Of a stretch of DNA of 64,000 nt, positions 39,029 through 52,577 are shown piece after piece; position 1 is the first letter of the stretch, and the number at the start of each line of letters is the position of its first letter. The notes below the pieces were generated by a model that was given only the letters and a program-made list of their open reading frames with translations, had not been told where the DNA came from and ran no database searches. A program made the translations under genes and the position numbers. This DNA is from Eledone cirrhosa (Eukaryota). Location of the stretch: contig OZ024741.1 of the NCBI GenBank assembly GCA_964016885.1, positions 394,444,001 to 394,508,000 of the forward strand, written 5' to 3'.

Positions 39029-39971
39029 CTATCCTCGTCTGGATTTTGGCTTGGCACAAGGATTTGTTTTGCGCTGAAGAATTTCTGTGAATCCACAAAA
39101 GTCTTTTTGAGCAAAATATTTCGTACAAATTGTATGTCCAGTAAGGATATTAACCCGTGAGTGTAATTTTTTAATTAATCTAACATTATGATCTTTAAAA
39201 CGTTTATGGTGTCCATCATAATTTCCAGACCTTGTGGTCTGATGTACAGCTATGATAGAATTTGTGGCATCTACTGTTAAGAAATTATTATGAATGGCAT
39301 AAGCAACCAGCCAGTTATCATATGCTGGACTCCCAACAATGAAATCTGGAAATGCTTCCCATGGAAATGGTTTTGATGTAATGAAATAGTCTTCTGCATC
39401 TGTTCGAAAAATAGTTCCACGGTCTAGGGCAATTTTGGTCACAGAATTTACAGGTACAACCTCACCCTTAGTAACATTCATAACATTTGTTCGTTGTCCT
39501 ATTATCAAAATTGCTTTATCTGTTTTATTAAACATATACATAACAAGTTCAAGTGTTTTGATTAGATTTCTATCAAACAAAATATCTGCATTAGCAAATG
39601 CATAAAAGAAACTATCAAATGATTTCTGTGCTTCTAAGTACATTGATTTCAAAAAAGGCACTCCGGTTCCACTCTGAACAGTGATAGACTGATAATTGCA
39701 ACCAATCTCTTCACAGAAAATTCTTGTTTCAGGATTAGTAGAAAAGACAATAACTTTGACGGACGGACCTAGCGCAAGCCAATTACGGACGGTGTTTTCA
39801 TGTAATTCCTTCTTAGAATCATGATGATCCCAAGTTGTGAATAAAGTCAAAATTGTTTGTTGGTAACTAACTGTTGGAAAGCTCTGCAACTTTTCAACAC
39901 ACTGTTCCACATGACGTCGTAACTTTTCACTGAAGTCAGAGAAAATATCCTCTCTTCCATTCATTTCAATC
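39029..39971 (-). CDS. Last coding exon of a type II membrane, nucleotide-diphospho-sugar transferase (GT-A)-like protein
   Basis: Intact 311-codon ORF in repeat-free sequence. Acceptor ttttattttccttttgaag|G, phase 2. Motifs GVPFLKSM, YAFANADILF, IIGQRTNV, DAEDYFI, PAYDNWLV, TVDATNSIIAVHQT. Confidence 0.88.
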
Positions 39972-40618
39972 CTTCAAAAGGAAAATAAAATTTGTCATTA
40001 ATAAAAAATATATATATCTCAAAAGCATACATGTACATTTTTAAAAAGGTCCTATTAATCCCCCATCCCATCCCACTTTGTTCTGAACTTCTTTATCTGG
40101 TATATTCATCCTTTTATTTTGAGATGGTAGGATAAATTACACCACTCCTCACTGGATGTGGGAGTGTGCAGTGTAGTTGTCAAGTACACATAGACATGGT
40201 ATATGAGAAGCATCAGATATGTGGGTCATATCTGGTCATTCAACCAACCACCAGCATGCTACAGGTTTGTTCAATCAGAACTGATCTGGGACAACACAAT
40301 GGGTGCTCTGATAAAGACATTAACATACTTGTCACACTGGTTTAATAACAAAGGATTACTATTCTCATTATGTGAACTAGGGTGGTTTTCTGCTAGCATG
40401 TGTAGTGTGTATATTGATATTATACACAAGTATATATGCATGTAGATATGATACATCAAATAAAATCGTAATTGACAATATACACAGAAATTGAACGAAG
40501 CCTATGTTACACTGTCTTCTGGTAATCAGTAATCCATGATACATTAAAAGAAAGACGACATTATATAGGAGAAAATTAGCGATGGAAATATATGCGATTA
40601 TAAGTGTTATAATATAAC

Positions 40619-40805
40619 TGTTTCTACTTTTGGCACAAGGCCAGAAATTATACCAGTACATTACTGGTGCTTTATTTTATCGACCTCGTAAGGATGAAAG
40701 GCAAAGTTAACTTCGGCGGGATTTGAACTCAGACCACAAAGGCCGTAACTCTTTGCTGCAAAGCATGGCGTCCGACCCTCTACCGATACTGCCAATCCAC
40801 CGCCC
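40619..40805 (-). mobile_element. Nin/Deu-domain SINE (intronic)
   Basis: 15-bp TSD gtgtt(a/c)taatataac at 40604-40618 and 40808-40822. Confidence 0.9.
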
Positions 40806-40964
40806 TTGTGTTCTAATATAACGGCCGCTAACCGGAAGTGTTGACATTTGATCATTTTAAAGAAGTGAATTTTAAAGATTAAGCTATAAAATATATTTAA
40901 TCAACAGCCACGAAATTTAGCACATAAATTATGTAATATTCATTCATTATTTATTCAAAGTAAT

Positions 40965-41126
40965 AGAGGGTCGGACGCCATGCTTTGACGCATAGAGTTA
41001 CGGCCCTTGCCATCTGAGTTCAAATCCCGCTGAGGTTAACTTTGCCTTTCATCCTTACGGGGTCGATAAAATAAAGTACCAGTAATCTACTGGGTAATTG
41101 CTGGCCTTGTGCCAATAGTAGAAACA
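40965..41126 (+). mobile_element. Nin/Deu-domain SINE (intronic)
   Basis: Perfect 19-bp TSD attatttattcaaagtaat at 40946-40964 and 41127-41145. Confidence 0.92.
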
Positions 41127-42310
41127 ATTATTTATTCAAAGTAATCCAACTTATTTTACAAACGGGGTAAAAAAATATATTCTGGACGCAATCCCGCAGA
41201 ACTTCCTTAATTATAGTTAAGATAGGCAAAGTCATAAGAAAATCTAGTACTGGGGTAAATTCTTGCTCAATATCTCTTTCTCACTTCCTTTCTCTCACTC
41301 TATATCTTTCTCTGATAGAAATCTGTTGTAATCAAGCCTGGCGAGGGAATAGGCTCTGCCAGGTTTTAAATGCCCTAAGAAACAATGTATGTCAATATAG
41401 CACCCCTACAACTCCTTCAGAGGTTACAAGTCCATACCATACCATTAAATTTATGCCATATTTCTTTAAGGTAATTAATTTTGATTGTGATTTATCAAAT
41501 ATTGTGAAACCTCACAAGTATGTTGTTTAAGACAAATTGTAGAAATCTGGTAGAAAGATTGTATATGCCATAACAGAAAGTTTAAGAATGCTATGAGGGT
41601 ATTATTGAATAAACCTTTCTTAAGCAAAAACAGTTATTAGTAAGGATGTGTCCTACATAAAGAAAAGAAGTATCCTAAAGAATCTCTTCTCTAAGAATGG
41701 GAAAAGCAATACAATGAAAACCTAAATTATACATTTACACATGTAAGTTACTTTTCAACCAGACAAACACATGAAAATACAGGCTTTTGAGTTAAGGGGC
41801 TCCAGAGATAATTAGAAAAAGCTCATCACTCCTGAAAATTACCCACACTTGACTCATTGGCTGCAGCAGAAGCTTATATGATCCTGATTCCACTTTATAT
41901 CTTCTGCTTCTGGTGAGCTAGATAACCTCAACACACTTCCCTATGAGCTAATCTCCTACCACCATCCATACAACGTATCCATCAAAAACGATGCAACTTC
42001 AAAACCAATCCTCAAATAACTACTGTATATACTCAAATATAAGCTGACCCCCATATCTTGTCTCTGAGAAATGGTTAAAAGTCCAAACCACATATATAAG
42101 CCAAGGCTTATCAACAGATTATGTTTAGATAGTGCAATTTTGAAACCCTCATGAGTGGAGAAAATATTTATGAAGTTTTAATATTTTGATATTCAAAATA
42201 TTTTAAGTACCGTTTAGAGTAGAGTTTTTGTTTCACAACTCCATTATACAATGATTTATTTTACCAATTTCAATTCACATCCAAAGTGAAACCAGTGTAA
42301 TATTTACCTC

Positions 42311-42636
42311 CATGTTGATGACATGAAAAAAGCACTCAGTACATCCTGTAAGGTGGTTGTGTTGATGACATGACATGACAAAAAAAGCACCCAGCACACC
42401 CTGTAAGGTGGTCAACAAAAAGCACCCAGTCCACCCTGTAAGGTGATCATGCTGGAGACATGACAAAACCCACCCAGTCCACTCTGTTAAATGGTCATTT
42501 TGGTGCTACTATAAAAAGCACACAATCCACTTATGTGGATGGTGTTAGGATGGGGACCCAGCTGTAAAATTCAAGCAAAAATATAGAACCATATGAGCAA
42601 CATGGTCCCCTAACATGACGTTAATTGATGATGATG
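42311..42636 (+). mobile_element. RTE 3' UTR-derived insertion with tandem units and (GAT)n tail
   Basis: Flanking 28-bp direct repeats at 42283-42310 and 42637-42664 (1 mismatch); probably a TSD, although a third degenerate unit follows. Confidence 0.75.
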
Positions 42637-42789
42637 AAAGTGAAACCAGTGTAATATTCACCTCTAAAATAAAACCGGCCTAATATTCACCTTCAAAGCA
42701 AAAATATTTGAGCACTTCATTTACATAGAATTTGAAATTGGTGAAAATTGGCAAAATATTAGCCTCAAATATAAGCTACTAATTGTTAA

Positions 42790-42920
42790 CAAGAACTGGC
42801 AATAGACCTGTGACCTGTCCTGGAAGGTGTGGGATGGATGCACAAAGCTTGCATATCACAAGACTCCAAAAAGCATTCAGAAGGGAGCAAACCATAACTA
42901 TTGGAACCTGGAACATCACT
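42790..42920 (+). mobile_element. RTE 5' fragment
   Basis: Similar to 34885-35005 (GTWNIT). Confidence 0.65.
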
Positions 42921-43195
42921 TTTCCTTGTTCCAACATTGAATATTATCTAAGTTAAATCCAATAAACAGAAACAATATTGGAACATCAAGATAATCAGTT
43001 TCTATTAAACTGCCACAAATGATATTAATCATCTATACTAAACAGGAATAAAAATCCAACAACAAAGCCACTATATAATCATTGAACCAGCTAAAAATAT
43101 TAACCAAATTTTCCTTACATCACACCATACCTTCTTAAAAAAAAGGAAAGGACATTAAATAATGTATTCCTAAAAAATATGATGGTGACCATATC

Positions 43196-45045
43196 CTCAT
43201 CATCATCATCATCGTTTAACGTCCATAGTCCACGCTTGCATGGGTTTGGACGGGAGTTTTCCCACTTGAGGCAAGAGTGGTTGTCTTGCTCTCATAGGAC
43301 TGTCTGGCGGGTTTTCTACGGCTGGATGCCCTTCCTAACACCAACCACATTTATAGTGTGGAAGTGGGAGGTTTTTACCGTGTTACCTACACGGCCACAT
43401 TACAGCGTGGACTGTGTGTTTTTTTGTTGTGACACCTACACGACCTCATTTGTTTCGGCCTGGATGTTGTGGTACCAACATAACTTTACATTGAAAGGGG
43501 CGGTGTGGATGGGGTGGGGGTAGTGGGACGGGGGGTGTATTTTGTTAGAGATGCCTACTGATTGTAGTAGGTTTTACTTTGTATTTAGGTATTACTGAGT
43601 ACCGCCAAAGATCTCAGTCCAGTGACATTGTCTTGGAGAGGTGTACGTGTGTGAGGTCTGAATTTATCAAGTCGTCCCAGGTTTTTCTGGGTCTGCCTAC
43701 TCCGTGGCTACCGTCTATTTTTATTGCCCTGCACTTTTTTATACAGCTGTCGTTTTTCATGCGCATCACGTGACCATACCAACGTAGCCTTCTCTCGAGT
43801 AAACAACATCTGATCCCTCTTATTTCTAATTTTTTCCTTAGTTCGTTTATGCTTTGCCATTCACGTATATTACTATTACACATCCAGCGGAGCATGCAAG
43901 CTTCGTTCCTCTCTAGTCTGCGTTTATCCTCTGCACACAATGCCCAGGTCTCACTGCCATGCAACATTGCTGTTCGTATGCAGGCATCATACAGCCTGCC
44001 TTTCATTTTTAGGGAGAACCCTTTAGCAGCTAATTGTGGTATAAGCTCTCTGAACTTTTTCCATCCCGTTCTGACTCTAGCTACTGTACTTTCAGAGCAC
44101 CCTCCCCCACTGCTGATTTTGTCACCCAGGTAACGGAAACTGTCCACTATTTCTATAGAACCCTCTGTGCAATTGAAAGAGCTAGTATTCTGTGGGCACT
44201 TGCTGCTACTTATTGCACCAGAGCACAGGCCACATGTAAAATCTATGTTCTTAGTTAGCTTACCTGTGATCCCACTACATCTTTTATGCACCCATCCTTT
44301 GCATTTGGGACATAAAATGGAGTTTCTACCTACGCCTTTCCTACACACTGAGGATGGCCATTTCCCGGATGGGACCGGCACCCTATTTTCCTTCCTACAA
44401 ACTAGAACTTTAGTCTTAGCCAGGTTAATTTTAAGGCCTTTTGATTCTAGGCCGTGCTTCCATGTTTGGAATTTCTTCTCTAGTTCGGCCATTGATTCAG
44501 TTATGAGCGTTAGATCATCTGCGTATAGGAGTTCCCATGGGCAGCCGGTCTTGAACTCCACTGTTATAGCCTGAAGGGCAATAATAAATAGTAGGGGGCT
44601 AAGAACAGAGCCCTGATGAACACCAACTTTTACGCTAAACTCTTCACTATATTCGTTGTTAATTCTAACCTTGCTGACTGTTTCTTTATACATGGCTTGT
44701 ATAGCTCTCGCAAGCCATTCATCAACACCTAGTTTTCTAAGAGCCCACCAGATAATGGAACGGGGGACTCTGTCGAAGGCTTTCTCCAAGTCGACAAAAG
44801 CTAAGTATAGGGGTTTACTTTTAGCTAGGTACTTCTCCTGTAGTTGTCATACAATGAAAAGAGCGTCTGTGGTACTTTTGCCTGACACAAACCCGAACTG
44901 CATTTCATCTAGATCAATTCTCTCTCTCATTAGTTGCGCTATTACTTTTTCCGTGACCTTCATGACCTGGTCGATTAATTTAATGCCTCTATAGTTACTC
45001 CTATCTAGGGCGTCTCCTTTACCCTTGTAACAGTTAATGATGATG
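43196..45045 (-). mobile_element. RTE LINE, RT with a PHD-like zinc finger, 5'-truncated
   Basis: 391-aa ORF: KAFDRV, HQGSVLSP, LYADD, then xSVC..CPKC..VHKRC..CGLC, and LRWYGHV; (GAT)n tail. Confidence 0.92.
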
Positions 45046-45074
45046 TCAATTACAATTATAAATTATTGAGTAGT

Positions 45075-45680
45075 GAAGAAACAAATGCATGCATTGGATA
45101 GGTTGGAGATTGAAGAAGTCAATGACTTTGTGTACCTTGGTAGTTTTATGAACACAGAACATGATGTGAACACCAGGATAGGCAAGGCATGGAGGGTTCA
45201 CAACTCCCTATCAAAGGTGAGAGCGTCTCCAATCAAGAAAATTACAAAAATGATTCTATTCAAGGCAATGGTTGAGTCCATTCTACAGATGTGAGTCATG
45301 GACACTGACAAAAACCCTTACAAAGAAGATTATTGGCATATTCACCTGGATGCTAAGAAATGTCCAGAACATATCCTGGGGAACATGCATAGCCAATAAA
45401 TTGCTCTATGGCACACACCTTTGCCTTTCTAACATCATAAGTCATAGGAGGCTTGCATTAGACAGACATATGAAATGGAACAATAAATCTGCTGGCAGAG
45501 TTCTTTTCTGGAAGCCTGATGTATGCCAACGAGTGGGGAGACTAACCATCAGGCTAAAGGATGTTCTTGAAGATGACACCAGGTTGGAGGCAGGGAAAAT
45601 TCAGATGGTAATGCAAGATAGGGTGAGCTGGAGGAGGAACTTCATCATGACACCGGTAGTGGATGTATAGAAGTAGAAGT
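45075..45680 (+). mobile_element. RTE-type LINE 3' fragment
   Basis: IEEVNDFVYLGS..RIGKAW..CESWTLTK..MQDRVSWR. Confidence 0.75.
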
Positions 45681-45681
45681 G

Positions 45682-45800
45682 AAGGCACATGGCCTAGTGG
45701 TTAAAATGTCGGACTTGTGATCCTAAAGTTGTGGATTTGATTTCTGCACTGGGTGGTGTGCTGCGTTCTTGATTAAACTACTTTATTTAAGATTGCTTCT
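45682..45800 (+). mobile_element. tRNA-derived CORE-like SINE head
   Basis: tggcctagtggttaa A box; related to the 52578 and 56270 copies. Confidence 0.6.
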
Positions 45801-46055
45801 TCTGCCAGAAGTTGCAACTGAAAGACAATGTCATCAATGGAAAGACTAATGAAATCATTGTTTCCTTGGTCTGATCTGATGATCAGAATCTTTTCTTTTT
45901 TTTATTGACTAAATGTAAAGTTGATTTAGAGTATATTAAAAGAAATAAAATTAAAATTTTGAATTAATAATCTACAAAGAGAAACAAGGATTATGAAGTC
46001 CAGAATAAAACAACTCCTAATGCTAAAATGATGGATAAAATTAAGGATAGCAAAC

Positions 46056-46261
46056 CTTTCAGTGCAGAGTGTGCCACTGTTTGGGCATAAAATTTCAATG
46101 ATGGTCTTCAGGTGTCCTTTTTCTTTTCCAACTGGAATATTATTTTTTGTGTCTATATTGGCCTGGTTCTTTGTGTATTGAAAAAAGTTCATTAATGTAA
46201 ACAGTGTGAATGCAATTGTGCCAAACCAGGCCAATTTTTTCCATTCTCGAAGCGTAGACAT
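46056..46261 (-). CDS. First coding exon (signal anchor and stem) of the GT-A-like gene
   Basis: Acceptor ttttag| at 46280, ATG at 46261. MSTLREWKK followed by hydrophobic LAWFGTIAFTLFTLMNFF. Donor GAAAG|gtttgc is phase 2, matching the downstream exon (LCTER-IEMNG). Confidence 0.78.
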
Positions 46262-47899
46262 ACAACAGTCCAAAATACTCTAAAATATGAAAAGCAAAAA
46301 GCTATCATTGTATAATTACATACTGGTAATTTTCTTTCAAGAAAAGAGAGAATATTCAATTACATATAAATACATTTACAAATAAAAATGAAAAATATTG
46401 TCAATATAACATGTTTTTAATAGAAATGTAATCAAATTATATTCCACATATTATATGTGGAATAAAAGTGATAGGGAGAGCCACAGAACAGAAATGATGA
46501 AGCAGAAATTCTAAATTTCGAGGGAGTTATTTCTTGAGTAACCAACAGAATAATCAAACAACAATGCTTAAAAGTAGTTAATAAATTAGGATACACAGGA
46601 AACTTAATATAAACAAGGAGGTAATGAATAATCAAATAAATTGAGAAAATGATTATACAAGTTTGATGAAAAAGTATTATTTGTTAAAGAATAAGAAAAG
46701 AAATACAATGAGAAATAATTATGAATAAAATATCCTGATCCTCCACTGAGAATAAATAACCATGAACGAGTAAAAGAAGATTCTCTGCTTAAACTATAAT
46801 CTGAGAAAACGACTGTATTGGATTTGTTGCTTGGAACTGAGCTTTATTTATGGTCATAGCAAAACTGGCCCTAACAGGGAACTAAAGTCATGAGAATTTG
46901 AACAGTAGTTCACTAGAGGAAGGGATTAGAGGAATCTTGGGAATAAATGTATTTTCTCCTTGATGATTGTCTCCTTCTAGGAGATGGTCCATCTTCTTCC
47001 TGGCTGTTAAGCATGACCATCACATGGACATGGCTGGTATAGGTTTTTCAAAAGGTTGATGGAAGTTCCAATCTTTTATATTATATATAGATGTAGATAG
47101 AAACATCATGTGTTAACATATATGGAAAATGATGTTAATAATATTTAAAATAATTAAAGATATAGATACATATATATAAAAATGTGTGCGTGCTTGTAAA
47201 CCAGTATTCAAATAGGAAACACTGACCACGAAACATGATCATTGACAATTAATGTGCAGAGAGAATCCCTTATGGCTGATTCACAACCTGCTAGAAATAG
47301 CAGTCAGCATCCCCGGGAAGTTTTTCTTCTTTGATTTAAAAAAAATGAGTATCAATAAACCTTTCTAGGCACAGCCTTATTCCATTGGTGTCCTTACTTT
47401 TCGATCGTCAGTTTTCGTTTTTGTGTGATGTGCGAAGGGACCAACCAACAAACATCTCTCTTTTATATTATGTATACATATCTATAACTTCTTTCAAGTC
47501 CTGTGATTTTTGCTCTTTTGATCTTTGTATATATTATTATTAGTGGAGCACTCTTCAGATATATCACCAAAAATATTTAAGAATATCTGTTTCTGAAGTT
47601 CCCAAAAAGGGTAAAAGCAAATATTCTCTGTACTATTAATCTTTCAAATAATATATATATATGCATTTTTTTCGAAATCAGATGACACTATATTGCCCTG
47701 GAGCATCACAGATTGTGTGATAATGGCCACTCACCTACTCTCTCAATGATATCAGGACTATTTTCTGGAATTAGACTGAACTCCTAAGATATAGCAAGAT
47801 GGCGGTATATGAACAAAATAATGGGGAAATCAACAAAATTAATAATTTAATATCAATATTTATCCAGCTCAAGTGGTTTTGATTTAGCCAAACTATTTA

Positions 47900-49600
47900 T
47901 TGCAGTTGCATTGTAAGTGCACAGTTAACAGTTAATTACTGAAGTAATCCTGGATTGGCTAAATTTCTTCAATTGGTTTACCTCAAAGATATCATGACCA
48001 CTAGTCAACCCCATAACCACCAGCAGTTGGTGACTGTTCATTGACCTATATTGAGGATATCAATTGCAATTTAATTCACTCTAAAGTCTTATTCCATGTG
48101 ATTTCAATGCACACATTCTCTAGCTTTTGGCATCCTCTCTTCCACAACACTGCTGGTGCAGAGGCCAAATCAATTTCTATTCTTAACAGCCAGCACCAAT
48201 TAGTATTTTCTCCTGTTTTATATCCCTGACTGATACACTGACTCTTCAAACACTTTTGATACCTTACTTACTTCCATACCAAACATTTAACTTGCCATTA
48301 GCATTTCTGTCTTCGTCAGATCATTTAATCCTTCTCCACAACATTCAACACTTTCAAACCTCTTGTTAACTGGTACCAGTTCCACCAATTATGTTTGATA
48401 GTAAACATGCTTCTTCTAACCTACCACTCTCGTCTTTGATCACTCTATAGGTAACAATCCTGCAGATAAAGCCACAACTTGTATTACCTGATTTACTTTC
48501 AACACACAAAATTCTTAAAACCTCAACTCCACCTGTTCACTACTTACATATAGTTGTCAAATGTAGAAACTTCTTCAATCACACCAGCCAAACAAGGCAA
48601 CTGGTTCTGAGAGTATTTCTTCCATTAACCTCAGTGTACTCCACAGTTACTTCCTGTCTTCATGAAACACTTCAGTTCTTTTCTCCGTAGAGATCTATCT
48701 CAATCTTTGGAAATACACAGCAGTCACCCTGCTAACTACTATCCTATTTCCCTCACCGAAACACACATCTCTTTCTTTCACCTGTAGCCTTTCCTTTTTC
48801 AATAACTATCAATATGTTTTCTGTGTTGCCAGATCTACCAGAGACTTGCTTTCTGTCCCTCACCAGAAGTATCTCATCCTTGAAAACTTCAGAGAAATAA
48901 ATGTTGTTGCACTTAACAAACTTTTCAGCTATCTAATATGAGAATCTACATCATCAGCTTATGGGCTTCAACCTCTCCCATCACTGACAATGAAAGTTTT
49001 CTATCAGAACACTCCATCACATGTTACACTGATGACTCTCTAATCTATACTCATACACTCTCTTTCATTAATTACCTACTTGCTACTAAATTTTAATCCA
49101 CATACTCCTACACATGACACCACCTGTCACACTTTAACCTTCTGCACACAGCTAGCATCTATTTACAAACTAGACATTATTTCTATGAATAGGGATCGTG
49201 GAGAAAAAGAAGTTCAATTGAGGCATGTCAGCCCTATTTCAACAGAAAAAAAAAAAAAAGAATCAATTTACAAATCATTTTCTTAAGCATGACATACAAA
49301 CTCCTCAAAGTTGATACAAATGTTACACGTCACAATCTCTGATGATATTTCATATTGATCTCACATATTACCAAAACAACATCACAAAGACCAGAAACAC
49401 TGGCTTATAGACAGTGTTTATTCTGCTAGTACAGGCCATGCTCATCTCATTTAGCATGGGTATACTACACCCATCCAAGTACCAGCCTCTCGTCATTCTT
49501 ACCATGTCTCACAGTCACACAGACCCTGCACTAAACACTTTGCCTAATTACTCCTCTCCAAACATGATACTTTATGGAAGTTTCACCTTTCCCCTGTTGT
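47900..49600 (-). mobile_element. Old, heavily decayed LINE (RTE-like)
   Basis: Scattered remnants (ADDV near 48950, VIEEVSTFD-YVS); no long ORF. Confidence 0.45.
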
Positions 49601-50849
49601 TGTTTAGCTCCAAGACATCTCTATTCAAACAGACCAATAATCAAAAGCATAATCAACGATATTTAGAGAAAAAGAAAGCATTATAAGTGAAATGAATACA
49701 CTAATTCATATTATCATACAAAACCCAATAGAAAAACCAACATTTTCTATTTAATGAACTGTTTTAGCAGTCAATTATTTCATTGTTGATTGTCAAGTCT
49801 GTTAACAGCTTTCATTTACTATTTGCAAAATTTCTTTACTCAAACCATGTTATTTTCAAGGTCTATTCAGTTTTAAATAAATAGATGTTAAACAAATGAG
49901 TATTTTTTCCTTTGAAAATTCAAATAATTAAATTATTTAAGCAGTATAAAATACCTAATCTGATGAATTTAATGCTGTAAATAGTATCATTGCAATCATA
50001 TTTTTATCTTTTGTTACTGAATACAATTTGTATGCATGGTATAGGATTTTTTGCAATGATTTTCTTTAAAATCAGCTTTCAATTTGCTACATGATTTTAC
50101 TTCTCAAGATTAATCCATGCAATAATCCTAGTTAATGACAGTACAGGTGTACAAGAATTGAGATGAAAGTAGTCAGCAAGATTGTGATATTTAATAAATA
50201 TAATAAATTGGGAAATACAGCTTGCTCATGAATCAAGTGAAATGAAATTATGAGAAGATAGCAAAATACTGATGAGAATGTGTACTTCAATATATCTTAT
50301 TCCACCTGTTTTAAATTTTATTGTTGAAAATAGCAGTCTTACTTCACAAAAATCTAATAGATGCCAGAAAAGGCACCCAATCTCAGGAGAACCTCCACAC
50401 TGCCATCCAACCAATTAGAAATAATAGCTAAATCTCCCACAAATCACACTCTACCATCTTAAAAAGGAAAAAATACATTGAATAATGTAATCCTGGATAT
50501 ATTATGGTTTTTTAAAAAATTTCACAACTGAAATTCCATTAATCATAGGTCGGTCAAGACTTAATAACAAAATTTACATATGCTAGTTTGGGAAATCAAC
50601 ATTAAAAATATGAGGAAGCATGTTAGATAAATTATATTGGCATTATGAAAAGAAGAGGGATGTGTTGTAACAGGTGCAAAGGTGCAAAGTCAAAAATCAA
50701 TATATGAGCAGCTTAAACTTCTTCCATGAAAAATAAAACATAAGTCAGCTGGTCATACAAATATTATCTGATGAATGCTGCAGAAACAAATGGAAGAATG
50801 GATGATAAAAAAACTGTTGCTATATTAATAGTGGAAGGTACATGTGGAA

Positions 50850-51115
50850 GGAGAAGACTAAGGAATGCATAGAAAGTGGACTGAGCAGATCTCAAAATAT
50901 TGAGCATAACATTGGGCATCAGGAATTCCAATTGGAGAGAAGCAGTAGAAGACCAAGGAAAACCTGGGCAGAAATGGTGAGAGCAGATCTCAAAACACTA
51001 AACATCACAGGGGAGATGGCATAGGTGTGTAAAGGGAAGCTCTCCTGGAAAAAAACCTATCCAACCCATGCAAGCAAGGAAAAATGGATGTAAAAAGGTT
51101 GATGATGATGATAAT
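50850..51115 (+). mobile_element. RTE 3' end
   Basis: RRPRKTWAEMVRADL..; ggaaaaatggatgtaaaa..gatgatgatg tail. Confidence 0.7.
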
Positions 51116-51474
51116 GACATCAGATGAATCCAGACTTAGATGAATATGCTGTAACAGACATGTTCAACCCATGCTAATGTCAAAAATGTGACATGAAAGC
51201 ATACCTTATAATCTTCAAAAAAGAAAAACATAATTTCCTAAATATATTATGTCTGAAAGAGAAAAAGAAAGAAAAAAAGAAGAAAGAAGAAAAGATGGGT
51301 TAAACCTGGCTGAAATACTTTTCATAACGTCTACTCACTCAGGACTGAGTTGGAGTTAAACAACAACAACTTGACATTAAAACAATCATTGTGATGGTGA
51401 TTTACAGCAAAACTTGAACACTGTAGTACAGTGAGGACTCTTTAATCTTGCCAGTCAGAAGGTAATAATATCCC

Positions 51475-51712
51475 TAGTGTTGGTGACATGAAAGAAATGC
51501 ACCCAATACACTCTGTACAGTTAGAAAATGTGCAGAGACAACACAGGGTCGAGGACAAAACAACCTCACTAGTGTTGGTGCCACAGTAAAATGCACCCAG
51601 TACACTCTGTAGTCATTAGAAAATGTGCAGAGACAACACAGGGTTGAGAACATAACAATCTCACTAGTGTTGGTGCCACAATACAATAAAATGCACCCAG
51701 TACAGTTTGTAA
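51475..51712. repeat. 95-bp tandem repeat, about 2.5 copies
   Basis: tagtgttggtg units start at 51475, 51570 and 51665. Confidence 0.9.
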
Positions 51713-52577
51713 GTGTATGCTAGGAAAGACAAACAACCAAAACGACCACAACAAAAATGGAACATACTACTGAAACATGGTCTTTCAACTTATAGACAAT
51801 TATATATACAGGTTCACTTTGATTAAAAATATTTTTGCAATGTAAGTAGTTGTATTACGACTTAACAATTCTGTAGTATATTAGAGCATAACCTCAAAGG
51901 TTCTTTAATACACATAAAATAAACTTGCATACAGTATTGTAGACAAAGTAAATACATTTGAAAATATAGCAATCCCACAGCATATACCAATGAGCATAGG
52001 TAATCATTAAATTATCATATTAAATCAGCATCAGCATTTTAAACTTGCTTTTCCAAGCTGACATGGCTTGGGCAGGCTTTCTAAGTGTTTTATGGCTGGG
52101 TGTCCTTTTTGTTGCTAACCCTTTTAATTGACTCTTATAGCATGCAGGAACATTGAGTAAACTGGAAATTAAAAGTTAGGGATAATTTATATTATTAACT
52201 ATGCTAACATATGTAATTAATAACTAGTACGATGTAATATCATTTATTTTGTATTTTTTAACTTGCATTACAATTATATTAGCTGTAATAGCAGTCAACA
52301 AAATGCAAAGAGTCTATTACACAAACATGTTTTTGTTCCACTTAAGTTTTATTGAAGGTCATAAAATTTCGACAATCAAACTACTTTCTGGACTAATGAC
52401 AGCTGTACAGTATACATCAAAATAAATTATAACTGAAAGGATCCTAAAAAGTGCAGCAAATCTTTTAAGTCCACTGTGGTTATGAGTGGCAAAGACTATA
52501 AACTATATTTTTAGCAATGAAATTAATAACTTCAATATACCGTGTTAAGTGACTAAAAGTAGATACCAAGTGGTATG

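Noticed and set aside
42330-42540. CRISPR-like repeat/spacer pattern (also 51475-51712 and 57085-57245)
   Set aside because: Eukaryotic context, degenerate units, short related linkers and no cas genes; part of an RTE 3' UTR.
50768-50795. CTGATGA..GAAAC hammerhead-like string
   Set aside because: No stem II hairpin and no stem I or III. Other CTGATGA hits (36673, 44613) lie in RT coding sequence.
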